Positions 9,436 to 19,132 are shown, counted from the first letter of the stretch. The stretch is DNA of 64,000 nt from Candidatus Poseidoniales archaeon (GCA_003602475.1 QQSC01000006.1:32116-96115); one strand, 5' to 3'. A program made the numbers and translations. The notes: generated by a model from the sequence alone, not told the origin.

Positions 9436-9774
9436 TCAAGCGTTTTCATACCCACACGATGGGCAGAAGGACAGGTCGTTCTCAAGACCGGCTCCGCATT
9501 TTTTGCAATGCGCATGGGCCGTGTTGAGCGCTTCGATCTTCCGAGGTGTTGGTGGCTTTGACCCATCTGCAGCTGGTTTGATCAAATGAATCGGGTCAAC
9601 GCCATGTTGCAGGAGTTGTTCAACCCGGTTTTTGTACAGAATCGCTTCTTGAAGCGCGGCCTCAAGTTGCCACAACCGTTGTTCCCGTTCTTGGGTATCA
9701 CCGATGTTTCCCGCTTCCTCCAAGCACACCTGAAGGTGACGCATGAAGGCCTCCACAGTAGGTTTCTCATCCAT
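9436..9774 (-). CDS. Small coiled-coil protein with C-terminal zinc ribbon
   Basis: The C-terminus reads CKKCGAGLENDLSFCPSCG. The start is taken at the internal ATG (MDEKPT). I recognise no family. Confidence 0.45.
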   Translation of the reverse strand: MDEKPTVEAFMRHLQVCLEEAGNIGDTQEREQRLWQLEAALQEAILYKNRVEQLLQHGVDPIHLIKPAADGSKPPTPRKIEALNTAHAHCKKCGAGLENDLSFCPSCGYENA

Positions 9775-9859
9775 GCTTTCCGGTCCTCGGCGTAGCACAT
9801 GAATGCTTGCCCATCATCATTGGCGATACCCTCATCATGATGGGTGAGGACCATCAACC

Positions 9860-10669
9860 ATGCGAGAGCGTGTTGTTGTCAAGTGGGGAGGCGGCCTCAT
9901 CACTGAAAAAGCCGAATTGAAAACGGCGAATCACAGCGTGATTGACAGACTCGCAGCCGAGTTAACAGAAGTCGTCAACAACGGAATTGATGTTGTTTTG
10001 GTTCACGGGGCAGGTTCGTTTGGCCATCTCAAAGCCAAGCAATACCGGTTGGCTGAAGGAAGAACAGAGGAGGAAATCGAAGGTCCAATGACCCAGGACG
10101 AAGCCGTAACTGCCGTCCGCAACGACATGATTGAGTTGAACGACCACATCATGGCGGCGCTCACAGCACAAGAAATTTCTGCGGTCCGCTTGCCACCACA
10201 CGATTGGGTGCACGGCACGGGACTTGATTTTGAAGCCAAGTTCGACCTGTTTAACAGCGCACCAAGCGGTATTGTGATGGTGACGTTTGGTGATGTCGTT
10301 TCCCGGGACGCCCCGTTTGATTTTGGAATCTTGTCCGGTGATGATTTGGTTGCACGCTTGGTGCAAGAATTGCACGATGTCAAGCGGCTGGTGTTTGCCA
10401 TGGGAGGGGTTGACGGCGTCCTTCGCCATGCGCCCAAGGAGGGCGAGGCACAAGAGTTGATCGAGCGTTTGAATCCAGATACAAACTACACGGGCGAACA
10501 TGCAACAGAAATGGACGTTACTGGGGGAATCGGCTTGAAAGTCAAGCGAGGATTTGATGCAGCAAAGCACGAATGCGATGTGATGCTCATCAATGGGGAA
10601 GTTCCGGGGAGATTCACATCAGCCTGCCTTGGCCATGAAGTCATTGGAACACGATTGACCGTTCCCTGA
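9860..10669 (+). CDS. ipk: Isopentenyl phosphate kinase (amino-acid-kinase fold)
   Basis: The sequence VVKWGGGLITEK...VLVHGAGSFGH...DVTGG is present. At 269 aa the length fits, and it sits next to IDI/GGPPS. Confidence 0.8.
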   Translation: MRERVVVKWGGGLITEKAELKTANHSVIDRLAAELTEVVNNGIDVVLVHGAGSFGHLKAKQYRLAEGRTEEEIEGPMTQDEAVTAVRNDMIELNDHIMAALTAQEISAVRLPPHDWVHGTGLDFEAKFDLFNSAPSGIVMVTFGDVVSRDAPFDFGILSGDDLVARLVQELHDVKRLVFAMGGVDGVLRHAPKEGEAQELIERLNPDTNYTGEHATEMDVTGGIGLKVKRGFDAAKHECDVMLINGEVPGRFTSACLGHEVIGTRLTVP

Positions 10670-10732
10670 ACTCTAAGGTTCTGTACGGAACTCTTCATGT
10701 AGCCCACGCGCCACCGTCTTACGGGGAACACC

Positions 10733-12484
10733 ATGGTCGCTTACGGGATTGAAGATGTGCCGCACACCACCCTGACCTCGGACCAACTCGCTCGGTTGAA
10801 AAACCACGATGGTGAACAGGCGAGTTTGATGGCTGAATCAATCATCGCCGTTGATGAATGGGACAACGTCATAGGTCCAATGTCAAAGATTCACGCCCAT
10901 CAAGGCCCAGGCTCGTTCCATCGTGCGTTTAGTTTGCTTGTGTTTGACAGCAAGAATCGGTTGTTGTTGCAACAGCGTTCAGTTGACAAAGTCACGTTCC
11001 CCGGGGTCTGGGCCAACACATGCTGCTCGCACCCACTTCACGAATCCTCCGAATTGGATGAAGCCAACGCCATGGGTGTCAAACGCGCTGCGGTGCGGAA
11101 AATGGAACAAGAGTTGGGAGTGAGCCCTCAACAGATCGACACCAAGGACATGGTCTTCATGACAAAGATGCGTTACGCAGCCAGGATGAATGAAGAATGG
11201 ATTGAGCGAGAACTGGACCACATCATTGTGATGCAAGCAGACATTGAGGTCAACCCAAACCCCAACGAAGTTGCGGATACGCGCTGGGTGACCCAAGAAG
11301 AGTTGGAAGAGATGCTGCTCGCTGATGGAAAGGATGGAGAAGTCGTAGCCCCTTGGTTTCGATGCATCGCCGCTCGCATCATGACCGATGCGTGGTGGAC
11401 CGCCCATGGAAGCCAACATGAATTGAATGCTTTGAGCGATGATGACATCCATGACATGGGTGATGTCACCCACATGTTACCCAGTGCAACAGGAGCAGAC
11501 CTTCTGACCTCTATAGGTGAAGTAAAGGGACTTGTAGAACAGCGAATTGAATCGAGTTTGCGAGCTTCCCAACACGACCGACTTGGAAAAGCCATGATGC
11601 ACTTGGTTGAGGGAGGAGGGAAACGAATGCGAGCTACATTGCCTTGGTTGGTGGCTAAAGCCGTCGGCGACACTCATTCTGGGTTGCTTGACATCGGTGC
11701 AGCCATTGAAACCGTGCACAATTTTACACTCATTCATGACGACATCATGGACGACGACGATGTTCGGCGAGGAAGGAACGCCGTACACATTGAGTACGGT
11801 ATGCCCACGGCCATCAACGCCGGAGATGCCATGTTGGCCATTGCATTTGAGCGACTGGTACAAGCGGAAAATCTCGAACCGAACGACGTCGCTCCTTTGG
11901 TCAACAGAATCGCATGGATGGTGCGCAGAGTCAGTGAAGGTCAACAGATGGACATTGAATTCGAAGAGCAGTTGGATGTTGATGAAGCGGATTACCTTCA
12001 GATGATTGAAGGAAAAACAGCCGTCATGTTTCTCACATGCGCTGAGATCGGCGCTCGTATTTCCGGTGCCGATGATGAAACGATCGAATTGATGGCCAAA
12101 TGGGGGCTTGCTGTGGGCCTTTGTTTCCAACTGATGGACGATTTAATCGACGTTCTTTCGGATTCAGCAACGCTTGGGAAACCCGCTGGTTCCGATGTCG
12201 CCCAAGGGAAAAGAACCTTGATGATCATTCACGCCCTTGGTCAACCGGACCAACCGGCAAAAGACCGCTTGCTTCTTGCATTGGGCAAGGGAGAGGATGT
12301 GAATGAAACGACGCTTTCAGATGCTCTGCAAGCTCTTGATGAATTGGGCTCCATTCAATACGCACGAGAGCGAGCAGAAGCGTTCCATCAGGAAGCCCAC
12401 GAATGCTTGAATCAACTTCAAGAGAATCCTGCTATTCGGGCGCTAAGGGAACTGACAGATTTTCAGTTGGCCCGACTTCACTGA
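10733..12484 (+). CDS. Fusion protein: type-1 isopentenyl-diphosphate isomerase (Nudix fold) + geranylgeranyl diphosphate synthase
   Basis: The N-terminal half has FHRAFSLLVFDSKNRLLLQQRS..KVTFPGVWANTCCSHP (IDI1). The C-terminal half has GGKRMRATL, the first Asp-rich motif LIHDDIMDDDDVRRG, and the second, FQLMDDLIDV. It is one uninterrupted 583-aa ORF. Confidence 0.85.
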   Translation: MVAYGIEDVPHTTLTSDQLARLKNHDGEQASLMAESIIAVDEWDNVIGPMSKIHAHQGPGSFHRAFSLLVFDSKNRLLLQQRSVDKVTFPGVWANTCCSHPLHESSELDEANAMGVKRAAVRKMEQELGVSPQQIDTKDMVFMTKMRYAARMNEEWIERELDHIIVMQADIEVNPNPNEVADTRWVTQEELEEMLLADGKDGEVVAPWFRCIAARIMTDAWWTAHGSQHELNALSDDDIHDMGDVTHMLPSATGADLLTSIGEVKGLVEQRIESSLRASQHDRLGKAMMHLVEGGGKRMRATLPWLVAKAVGDTHSGLLDIGAAIETVHNFTLIHDDIMDDDDVRRGRNAVHIEYGMPTAINAGDAMLAIAFERLVQAENLEPNDVAPLVNRIAWMVRRVSEGQQMDIEFEEQLDVDEADYLQMIEGKTAVMFLTCAEIGARISGADDETIELMAKWGLAVGLCFQLMDDLIDVLSDSATLGKPAGSDVAQGKRTLMIIHALGQPDQPAKDRLLLALGKGEDVNETTLSDALQALDELGSIQYARERAEAFHQEAHECLNQLQENPAIRALRELTDFQLARLH

Positions 12485-12948
12485 AGCTGATGAACCTCGT
12501 CGCCAATCGACATGTGCCCCTCTCTCAGAACTTTTGCATACCATCTCGTGTTGTAGGGATGTTGCTTGTGGCTTAACAAGGAAAACAACCCGTCGGTAAA
12601 CGACGATTCTATTTTCTTGCAGGGGTGGGCGTCTTCGGTGATTTCCAACACAACATCACCAATCTCGAGGACGACACCTGGCCCGAGGGTTTCGGGGTCA
12701 AGTCCTGAAATCAATACATTTTCACCGGTTGAACCGGGGAAAATCGGGTGTCCCTCGTTGGAAAGATGCTCAAGCAGTTCATGACAAAAAAGGCATACGG
12801 CTTTCTGAGGCCCACCGTGATGCTTTCTGTTGTTTTGCTTGTCGCCGACGCATCCGTTCTTGTTGACCTCTAAACTGTTCACTGCGAGTTTCGGAACGCC
12901 ACCGTTCGGGTTGACGTGTAAACCAACAAGTTGACCGTTAGCAATCAT
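12478..12948 (-). CDS. MOSC domain protein
   Basis: At 156 aa it contains GLHVNPNGGVPK...GDKQNNRKHHGGPQKAV...PGSTGENVLISG, which is MOSC-like. It starts 2 nt after the EF-2 stop. Confidence 0.7.
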   Translation of the reverse strand: MIANGQLVGLHVNPNGGVPKLAVNSLEVNKNGCVGDKQNNRKHHGGPQKAVCLFCHELLEHLSNEGHPIFPGSTGENVLISGLDPETLGPGVVLEIGDVVLEITEDAHPCKKIESSFTDGLFSLLSHKQHPYNTRWYAKVLREGHMSIGDEVHQLQ

Positions 12949-12949
12949 C

Positions 12950-15157
12950 TCAATCTGAATAATACGATTCGGGGTTTGGCTCAGGCTTCAATCCCTTGCG
13001 AGTTCGAATTTCGCCAACCACTTTGTCGAAGAGTTGAGGTGGAAGGATCTCAAACCCAAGGTTTTCCGTGTTCCACACAGCACGGCCTTGTGAAGCTGCA
13101 CGGATGTCGTTCGAGAATCCAAATGTTTCAGCGATTGGTATGACCCCAACAACGGTTGTCACGTTGCCTTCCGATGGCATGTCTTCGATGATACCGCGTC
13201 GGGTCGTGACCTCACGAGTCACTTGGCCCAGCCAGTCGTTTGGAACGGAGATGAAGGCTTTCTGCATGGGCTCGAGAAGAACCGTACGAGCACGAAGCAT
13301 GGCACCTTTGATGCCGTTGCGGACAGCTGGAATCGTTTGGGCTGGCCCACGATGGATAGCATCCTCGTGCAACTTGGCGTCAACCAAGCGAACGAACATC
13401 CCTTGAACCGGTTCGTCAGCGATGGGTCCCTTGACACACACTTCGTTGAAGGCTTCAATGATCAACTCTCGGGTTTCATGGAGGTTCTGAATACCCTTGG
13501 TGTCGTTGACCAGAACGTTGGTTCCGTTGATGGCGTAGATCTTACGCATAACATCCTTGTCCATGCCGTGTTCACCAAACTTGGCTCCAACACCCTTGGC
13601 GTCTGAATTTCGAACAGGACCGTCGCCCAATTCTCCAGAGCGGAGGGCTGCAACAACGTTGTCGGGCAGGGCCTCTATTTCGAAGAAGAAACGGTTGTGT
13701 CTGTTTGGAGATTTTCCTTCAAATGAATTCCCTCTGTTGGAACCCTGAATACCTTCACGGTAAACCACGATCGGTGGGCTGACCTTGACCTTGATGTTCT
13801 GTTCTTCTTCAATACGATAAACGGTGATCTCCAAGTGGAGTTCACCCATTCCTGCCAACAACGCTTCACCTGTTTCTTGGTTGGTGGTCACTTGGAGGGA
13901 TGCGTCGGCCTTGGCCAATGAGCGCAATGCGTCAATGAACTTTGGAAGGTCTTTCATGCTCTTGGGTTCAACAGCCACCGTCACCACAGGGTCTGAATAG
14001 TGGCGAATGGCTTCAAAAGGCGTGAAATCCTTGTCGCGAGAGAGGGTCACACCAGCAGCAGCTGAGCGGATACCGGTCACCGCAGCGATGTTGCCAGCAA
14101 CAACCTTTGGCACGGTAATTCGGTCACCACCGACCATCATGGCCACCTGTTGAACACGTTCAGGTTTGGATGCGCCAATGGCATACACCGATTCACCTTG
14201 GTTGATGGAACCAGAGTAAACACGACCCACAGCGACTTCACCTGCATGAGGGTCCATCCAAATCTTGGTGATCATCATGGCAAGTTCGGCCTCGGGGTCG
14301 CAACTGACCATGGCCTTACCAATTTCGGAATCCAAATCACCGTTCCAGATGTTGGGGATTCGGTACGGTTGGGATTCAACAGGACCTGGAAGTTTGGTCA
14401 CGGCCATGTCCAGAAGAACTTCGTGAACCGGTGCCATTTGAGCAAGGGTCTTTTGATCTTCATTGTTGCAGTATTCGAAAATCTTCGTCATTGAAACGCC
14501 GGACTTTTTCATGTATGGAATGGTGATGCCCCAGTTGTGGTATGCTGAGCCAAAGGCCACCGTACCGTCCATGACACTCACTTGCCATTCCTTCTTTTTC
14601 TCTTCAGGGGCGAATTGTCGAATGAGCTTGTTGACCTTGACAATGGTTTCTTCAAACCTTTTCAGCATGTCCTCTGGTGTGACCTTCAGTTCGTTGATGA
14701 GGCGGTCAACTTTGTTGATGAAGAGAACTGGCTTCACTTTCTCCTTCAGAGCTTGGCGGACAACGGTTTCGGTTTGAGGCATGGGTCCTTCAACGGCACA
14801 GGCCAAGATGAAACATCCGTCAACAGCACGCATGGCACGGGTAACGTCCCCACCGAAGTCGACGTGACCTGGTGTGTCGATCAAGTTGATCAGGTAATCT
14901 GTTCCTTCCACAGCGTGAACCATGGATGCAGAGGCGGCGTTGATGGTGATGCCGCGAGCGGATTCTTGTTCGTCGAAATCCAAGACGCGTGCAGCGCCAG
15001 CGAGTTCGTTTGACATCATACCTGCTCCAGCGATCAGGTTGTCCGACAGGGTGGTCTTGCCGTGGTCGATGTGCGCCGCAATGCACAAGTTGCGGATTTG
15101 TGGGAGAATGTGCATCACTTCGGTTGCTTTCTTGATGTTCTCTTCCTTACGACCCAT
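12950..15157 (-). CDS. fusA: Translation elongation factor aEF-2
   Basis: The G-domain motifs AHIDHGKTTLSD and DTPGHVDF are present, as is the diphthamide-loop context HEDAIHRGPAQ. It is 735 aa. Confidence 0.97.
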   Translation of the reverse strand: MGRKEENIKKATEVMHILPQIRNLCIAAHIDHGKTTLSDNLIAGAGMMSNELAGAARVLDFDEQESARGITINAASASMVHAVEGTDYLINLIDTPGHVDFGGDVTRAMRAVDGCFILACAVEGPMPQTETVVRQALKEKVKPVLFINKVDRLINELKVTPEDMLKRFEETIVKVNKLIRQFAPEEKKKEWQVSVMDGTVAFGSAYHNWGITIPYMKKSGVSMTKIFEYCNNEDQKTLAQMAPVHEVLLDMAVTKLPGPVESQPYRIPNIWNGDLDSEIGKAMVSCDPEAELAMMITKIWMDPHAGEVAVGRVYSGSINQGESVYAIGASKPERVQQVAMMVGGDRITVPKVVAGNIAAVTGIRSAAAGVTLSRDKDFTPFEAIRHYSDPVVTVAVEPKSMKDLPKFIDALRSLAKADASLQVTTNQETGEALLAGMGELHLEITVYRIEEEQNIKVKVSPPIVVYREGIQGSNRGNSFEGKSPNRHNRFFFEIEALPDNVVAALRSGELGDGPVRNSDAKGVGAKFGEHGMDKDVMRKIYAINGTNVLVNDTKGIQNLHETRELIIEAFNEVCVKGPIADEPVQGMFVRLVDAKLHEDAIHRGPAQTIPAVRNGIKGAMLRARTVLLEPMQKAFISVPNDWLGQVTREVTTRRGIIEDMPSEGNVTTVVGVIPIAETFGFSNDIRAASQGRAVWNTENLGFEILPPQLFDKVVGEIRTRKGLKPEPNPESYYSD

Positions 15158-15604
15158 GTTACCACCGTTCAGTATGTTTGACCCACCTGAAAGGGGTTCT
15201 TAAGTGCCGCGCTGCGAGCCTTCGCCCTCTGGGTCGAACCTGTTGATTAGGAGGGTCATCTCAACGACGGTTTTATGCCGTGAATGCTTAATGGACAGCG
15301 GTCATTTTCGACTGTTCTACGGTTCACCAAGGGACAGGGCCCTGACAACGAGATACAATGCATGGCCGTCACGAAAGAGGTGGCACCAATCCGAGAAACG
15401 TGACCCGACCCCCGTAGCGTCAGGCAGGCTTGTCAGCACCTCATGTTCGCCAACCCACAGTCGAATTGCCCGTGCGACCAATATCAACGGGCAGGAAGGG
15501 GTAGATCCCTGGCATGAGCGTTGAGACGAACAACACGGTTCGTTGAAGGTCAGCCGGCGAGGAAACAAAAGATGTTTCTCAACGGTGATGCTAAGCCGCC
15601 GCCA

Positions 15605-16222
15605 TCAACGAGCGGAGGCTGCGATGCGCTCAAGTTCTTCCTTCTTGCCAACGGCATAGGAGGTCACATCGCCTTTGCTGGCCTTGTTGAGTTCGTTGAT
15701 GATACAATTCTCAAGGGTTCGCTTGGATTTGTGTGTCCCTTGTTGTGCGCCTTTGGCCAAGTTGGCAAGAGCGACGTCAAGGCGACGTGATGGCGAAGAG
15801 TCCACGGCTTTCGGTTGGGAGACTGCTCCGAACTTGATTCGAGTGATCTCTTCCATAGGTGCGGCGTTGCACAACGCATCCACGAACACCTGGAGTGGAT
15901 TCAATCCGGATTTCTCAGCAATGTTGTCGAGAGCTCCTTCAAACGCCTTCATGGCTCCCATTTTCTTGCCGGTGTATGAACCGGTGCGCATGAGTTTGTT
16001 GATGTAACGCTCCACGACGGAAAGTTTAGCCTTACCGAACCAAGCGTTGGCGTGACGGCCACCGCTGTGAGGCACACCAACGGTGCTGAGGTTGATGTAA
16101 GGGGCCAATCCCGGGTCGAAGCAGGTTACTTCGGAGGCATCCCACTTTCCAAACACCTTTGTGCCGATACCGGCGATTGGCTTTACTTGCTCTTCTTCGT
16201 CGTTCACTTCTGCGTCGCTCAT
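15605..16222 (-). CDS. rps7: Ribosomal protein uS7
   Basis: The sequence KVFGKWD...VERYINKLMRTG..TGKK...ALANLAKGA...IINEL is present. The start is set at the ATG 10 nt after the S12 stop. Confidence 0.92.
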   Translation of the reverse strand: MSDAEVNDEEEQVKPIAGIGTKVFGKWDASEVTCFDPGLAPYINLSTVGVPHSGGRHANAWFGKAKLSVVERYINKLMRTGSYTGKKMGAMKAFEGALDNIAEKSGLNPLQVFVDALCNAAPMEEITRIKFGAVSQPKAVDSSPSRRLDVALANLAKGAQQGTHKSKRTLENCIINELNKASKGDVTSYAVGKKEELERIAASAR

Positions 16223-16232
16223 CTTGCACACC

Positions 16233-16670
16233 TCAGCGGACTGGCTTTTCTTTTCGGCCACGGACCATTTCGTCAAGGGACACGCCGTTGACTTGAATCA
16301 CCTTGTAGCGGACACCAGGAATGTCTCCATACGAACGACCCATGCGGCCGCCGATACCTTCGACCATGACTTCATCGTGTTCGTCAATGAAGTTGATGGC
16401 GCCGTCACCGGGAGCGAAAGCAGTGAGTTTGTTTCCGTTCTTGATAAGAGAGATTTTGACCGCCTTACGGATTCCTGAATTGGGTTGCTTGGCTTCAATG
16501 CCCACCTTCTCGATAACAATGCCCTTGGCTTGGGTAGAACCAGCCAACGGGTCGTGCTTGGCACGGGATTTGAGCATCCGCTTCTTGTACCGGCGATCCG
16601 ACCATCGGAATTTTTGGCGGTCTTTTGCCATTTTAGCACCGGCGAAGAGTCCTCGTCCCATCATCATCAC
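16233..16670 (-). CDS. rps12: Ribosomal protein uS12
   Basis: The sequence [49 protein letters not shown]...DIPGVRYKV is present. Several in-frame ATG/GTG codons could serve as the start. Confidence 0.95.
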   Translation of the reverse strand: MMMMGRGLFAGAKMAKDRQKFRWSDRRYKKRMLKSRAKHDPLAGSTQAKGIVIEKVGIEAKQPNSGIRKAVKISLIKNGNKLTAFAPGDGAINFIDEHDEVMVEGIGGRMGRSYGDIPGVRYKVIQVNGVSLDEMVRGRKEKPVR

Positions 16671-16702
16671 CTCATTGAAGTGTTTTGCCGACTGACCCCC
16701 CC

Positions 16703-16710
16703 TATTTAAT
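16703..16710 (-). promoter_or_regulatory. Candidate TATA box for the uS12-uS7 operon
   Basis: The minus strand reads ATTAAATA about 35-45 nt upstream of the S12 start codons. A GAGGTGA Shine-Dalgarno-like element sits just before the start. This rests on position and composition only. Confidence 0.3.
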
Positions 16711-16781
16711 CAAATCCCTTTCCGTCGTCTTCTTTTCCCCGCCACCATCCCACCACTGTTGGGTGGTGTTCCGACATTGCA

Positions 16782-18092
16782 ATGAACAACATTCAATTGA
16801 GTTCACCCTGTGGACTGACCATGGCCTTTCGTGACCACCTTGCCGCTGCATCCCGAATCGGTGAGTCGGTTAGCCTCGTCCACGAGATGATGAACCACTC
16901 TAAATCCACCGGACACTCGATGACCATCTTTGAAAACATTCCAGAAACTCCCGGCCATTCCGCTGCGGTGAACATGCTCACGCGGGACCGTTTGTGCGCC
17001 GCCATCGGCATCGAACCAGAGGCATACATTGACACCCTTGGTTGGGCCATGAACAACCCCTCCGAACCCGTGTTGGTACAATCCGATTCAGCGCCATGTT
17101 TTGAAAACAGGCAAGCCAACCCAGATTTGACGACCATCCCCATCCCCCATCACTGGCCGGAGGACCGCGGGCGTTATTCGTCCGCAAGCATCATCATCGC
17201 CGAAGATGACGGCATACGAAACGTTTCGTTTCACCGTCAGTTTCTCAGAGATTCAAACCATCTCGTTGTCCGATTGGTGCCCCGGCACTTGCGAACCATG
17301 GTCAACAACGCAAGGGCTGAAGGCAGGGAAGTCAAGGTAGCCATCGTCAATGCGCCGGACCCGGTGGTGCTTCTCGCAGCCGCTATGTCGTTCACCGAAA
17401 ACATCGATGAATTGACCATTGCTGCATCCCTTCATGAGAAACTGTATGGAACCAAACTCAACCTTGTTGAAATGCCAAACGGTGTTCTCGCCCCAGCCGA
17501 TGCCGAATACATATGGTGGGGAAGAATTACGTTGGACGACGACGATGAAGGTCCCTACGTTGACATCACTGGAACGGTGGACGATGTACGCCAAGAACCT
17601 GTCATTGAAGTGGATGGCTTGGTTCATCGCAACAACCCCATCTTCCATGCCCTCATTCCGGGTGAAGCCGAGCACAAGACCCTCATGGGGTTGCCACGAG
17701 CCCCAACCATCAAGGACGCCGTCAATCAAGTCGTTGATTGCACCGATGTTCACATGACCGAAGGTGGATGCGGTTGGTTGGCTGCCGTGCTCAAGATCAA
17801 CAAGCAACAACCCGATGACGGTATCAAAGCGATTCATGCAGCCTTTGAGGGGCACAAGAGTATGAAAATCGTGACCGTCGTTGACCAGGACATCGACATC
17901 ACGGACCCCGTTCGCGTTGAATGGGCCATGATGACCCGCTGGCAACCCGACAAGGACACGGTCATTTTGAGCAACCAACGAGGCAGTTCTCTTGACCCGT
18001 CCCGATACAGCGATGGAAAGACATCGAAAATCGGTTATGATGCGACCATTGATGCCGACGCTGATCCAGCGGGCTTCATGTCGGTTCAATGA
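16782..18092 (+). CDS. UbiD-family (prenylated-FMN dependent) decarboxylase
   Basis: At ~430 aa it contains GRYSSASIIIAEDDGIRNVSFHRQ, VVRLVPRHL and HMTEGGCGWL, as in UbiD. ATG 16821 (MAFRDHL) is an alternative start. Confidence 0.8.
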   Translation: MNNIQLSSPCGLTMAFRDHLAAASRIGESVSLVHEMMNHSKSTGHSMTIFENIPETPGHSAAVNMLTRDRLCAAIGIEPEAYIDTLGWAMNNPSEPVLVQSDSAPCFENRQANPDLTTIPIPHHWPEDRGRYSSASIIIAEDDGIRNVSFHRQFLRDSNHLVVRLVPRHLRTMVNNARAEGREVKVAIVNAPDPVVLLAAAMSFTENIDELTIAASLHEKLYGTKLNLVEMPNGVLAPADAEYIWWGRITLDDDDEGPYVDITGTVDDVRQEPVIEVDGLVHRNNPIFHALIPGEAEHKTLMGLPRAPTIKDAVNQVVDCTDVHMTEGGCGWLAAVLKINKQQPDDGIKAIHAAFEGHKSMKIVTVVDQDIDITDPVRVEWAMMTRWQPDKDTVILSNQRGSSLDPSRYSDGKTSKIGYDATIDADADPAGFMSVQ

Positions 18093-19130
18093 GTGGTGAC
18101 CATGGACGACAGCCGCTCGCTGCTCCAACACCCACGGCGAAACCTGGGAAACAGGTACCGAAGCACGGCTCTCAAGTTTGCGAAACTTGCCGTCGCAGAC
18201 CCTTCGCGGGCAGGTGAAAATCTTGCATGGGCGGAACAAAACGCACGCCAAGCCATCCTTTACGATTTCACGGACGAGCGGAACTGGCACACGTTGGTGG
18301 AATTGAAAGAATTGAACAACGACGAGGCCGGTCTTCACGCAGTGCTGGAGGATGTGTTTTCGGTTCTTGGTAGAGACCCAGAGCAGGTGGATCAATTGGC
18401 CACCATCGACTTGATGTCTGTGGGGAAGGAACTTCTGCACGCTGCGTTTGTCAACGACCCACTGGATCCCGAAGAATGGTGGGCTACCCTCCAATCGTCT
18501 GATCGCAACACGACCGCACAGAAGGAAACTCTCGAGGCCTTTGCACAACGCTGTCGGAGGTTGGACTTCCGAGATCATCGGGCCAACATCGTGTTTGGAC
18601 GCCGCCTTGAACGTTTGAAAGAACACGGCCATCTCGATCTTTTTGTCGAACTGGCCAAGCATCTTCTCGCACATCGTCCTGCCAATCATGAGTTGTGGAT
18701 GGAACTCGGTCGTCTCCAAGAACGACGAAACGAAATTGACGAAGCATGGATTTGCTACGATCACGTGCAGCGATTGCGCCCACAAACACCCGCAAGAGAT
18801 CTGTTCCTTGCCCGCCTGAAAACAAGCATGGACGGTGAAACCAAGACGCCATGGTCCGGCCCAACAGTTGAACATCGGCAATCCTTCCTCGCCTCTATGG
18901 AAGCGTTGACGGAACGGGTGTCTGTTCCACTTAGCCCAGATGCCAAACCGCAACGAAAAGAGAACAATGGAACTCAAGTGGAGTTGAGTTCCGACGAGCA
19001 ACGACTAACGGACCTCATTGAACAAGGTGACCTCCAGAAGGCCTTCTTCACCTCCAGACGGTTGGTGGCCACCGGTGAGGATTGGGCGGAAGACTGGATG
19101 GAAAAGATTCAGAACTTGTTGGAGCAATAA
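18093..19130 (+). CDS. Hypothetical all-helical (TPR-like) protein
   Basis: It starts immediately after the UbiD stop (GTG 18093 or ATG 18102). Composition is helical and charged. I recognise no family. Confidence 0.5.
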   Translation: MVTMDDSRSLLQHPRRNLGNRYRSTALKFAKLAVADPSRAGENLAWAEQNARQAILYDFTDERNWHTLVELKELNNDEAGLHAVLEDVFSVLGRDPEQVDQLATIDLMSVGKELLHAAFVNDPLDPEEWWATLQSSDRNTTAQKETLEAFAQRCRRLDFRDHRANIVFGRRLERLKEHGHLDLFVELAKHLLAHRPANHELWMELGRLQERRNEIDEAWICYDHVQRLRPQTPARDLFLARLKTSMDGETKTPWSGPTVEHRQSFLASMEALTERVSVPLSPDAKPQRKENNGTQVELSSDEQRLTDLIEQGDLQKAFFTSRRLVATGEDWAEDWMEKIQNLLEQ

Positions 19131-19132
19131 AT

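Noticed and set aside
15204-15568. Two overlapping ORFs (106 aa on +, 83 aa on -) inside the S7/EF-2 spacer.
   Set aside because: Their translations are Cys/Arg/Ser/Pro-rich with no motifs, and I saw no start context. The region is better described as non-coding (see finding).
15158-15604. The idea that the S7/EF-2 spacer encodes SRP (7S) RNA, RNase P RNA or a C/D-box sRNA.
   Set aside because: I could not find the SRP helix-8 GNAR-loop/AGCA signature, the RNase P P4 sequence GAGGAAAGUCC, or RUGAUGA/CUGA box pairs on either strand. The region is kept only as an unassigned structured spacer.
17253-19001. A 582-aa ORF on the minus strand, the longest unexplained ORF in the track.
   Set aside because: It lies antisense to the well-supported UbiD gene and the following + strand gene. 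Its translation is rich in Cys, Trp, His and Phe, with no motif or domain-like pattern. It looks like a shadow ORF produced by the codon bias of the sense genes.
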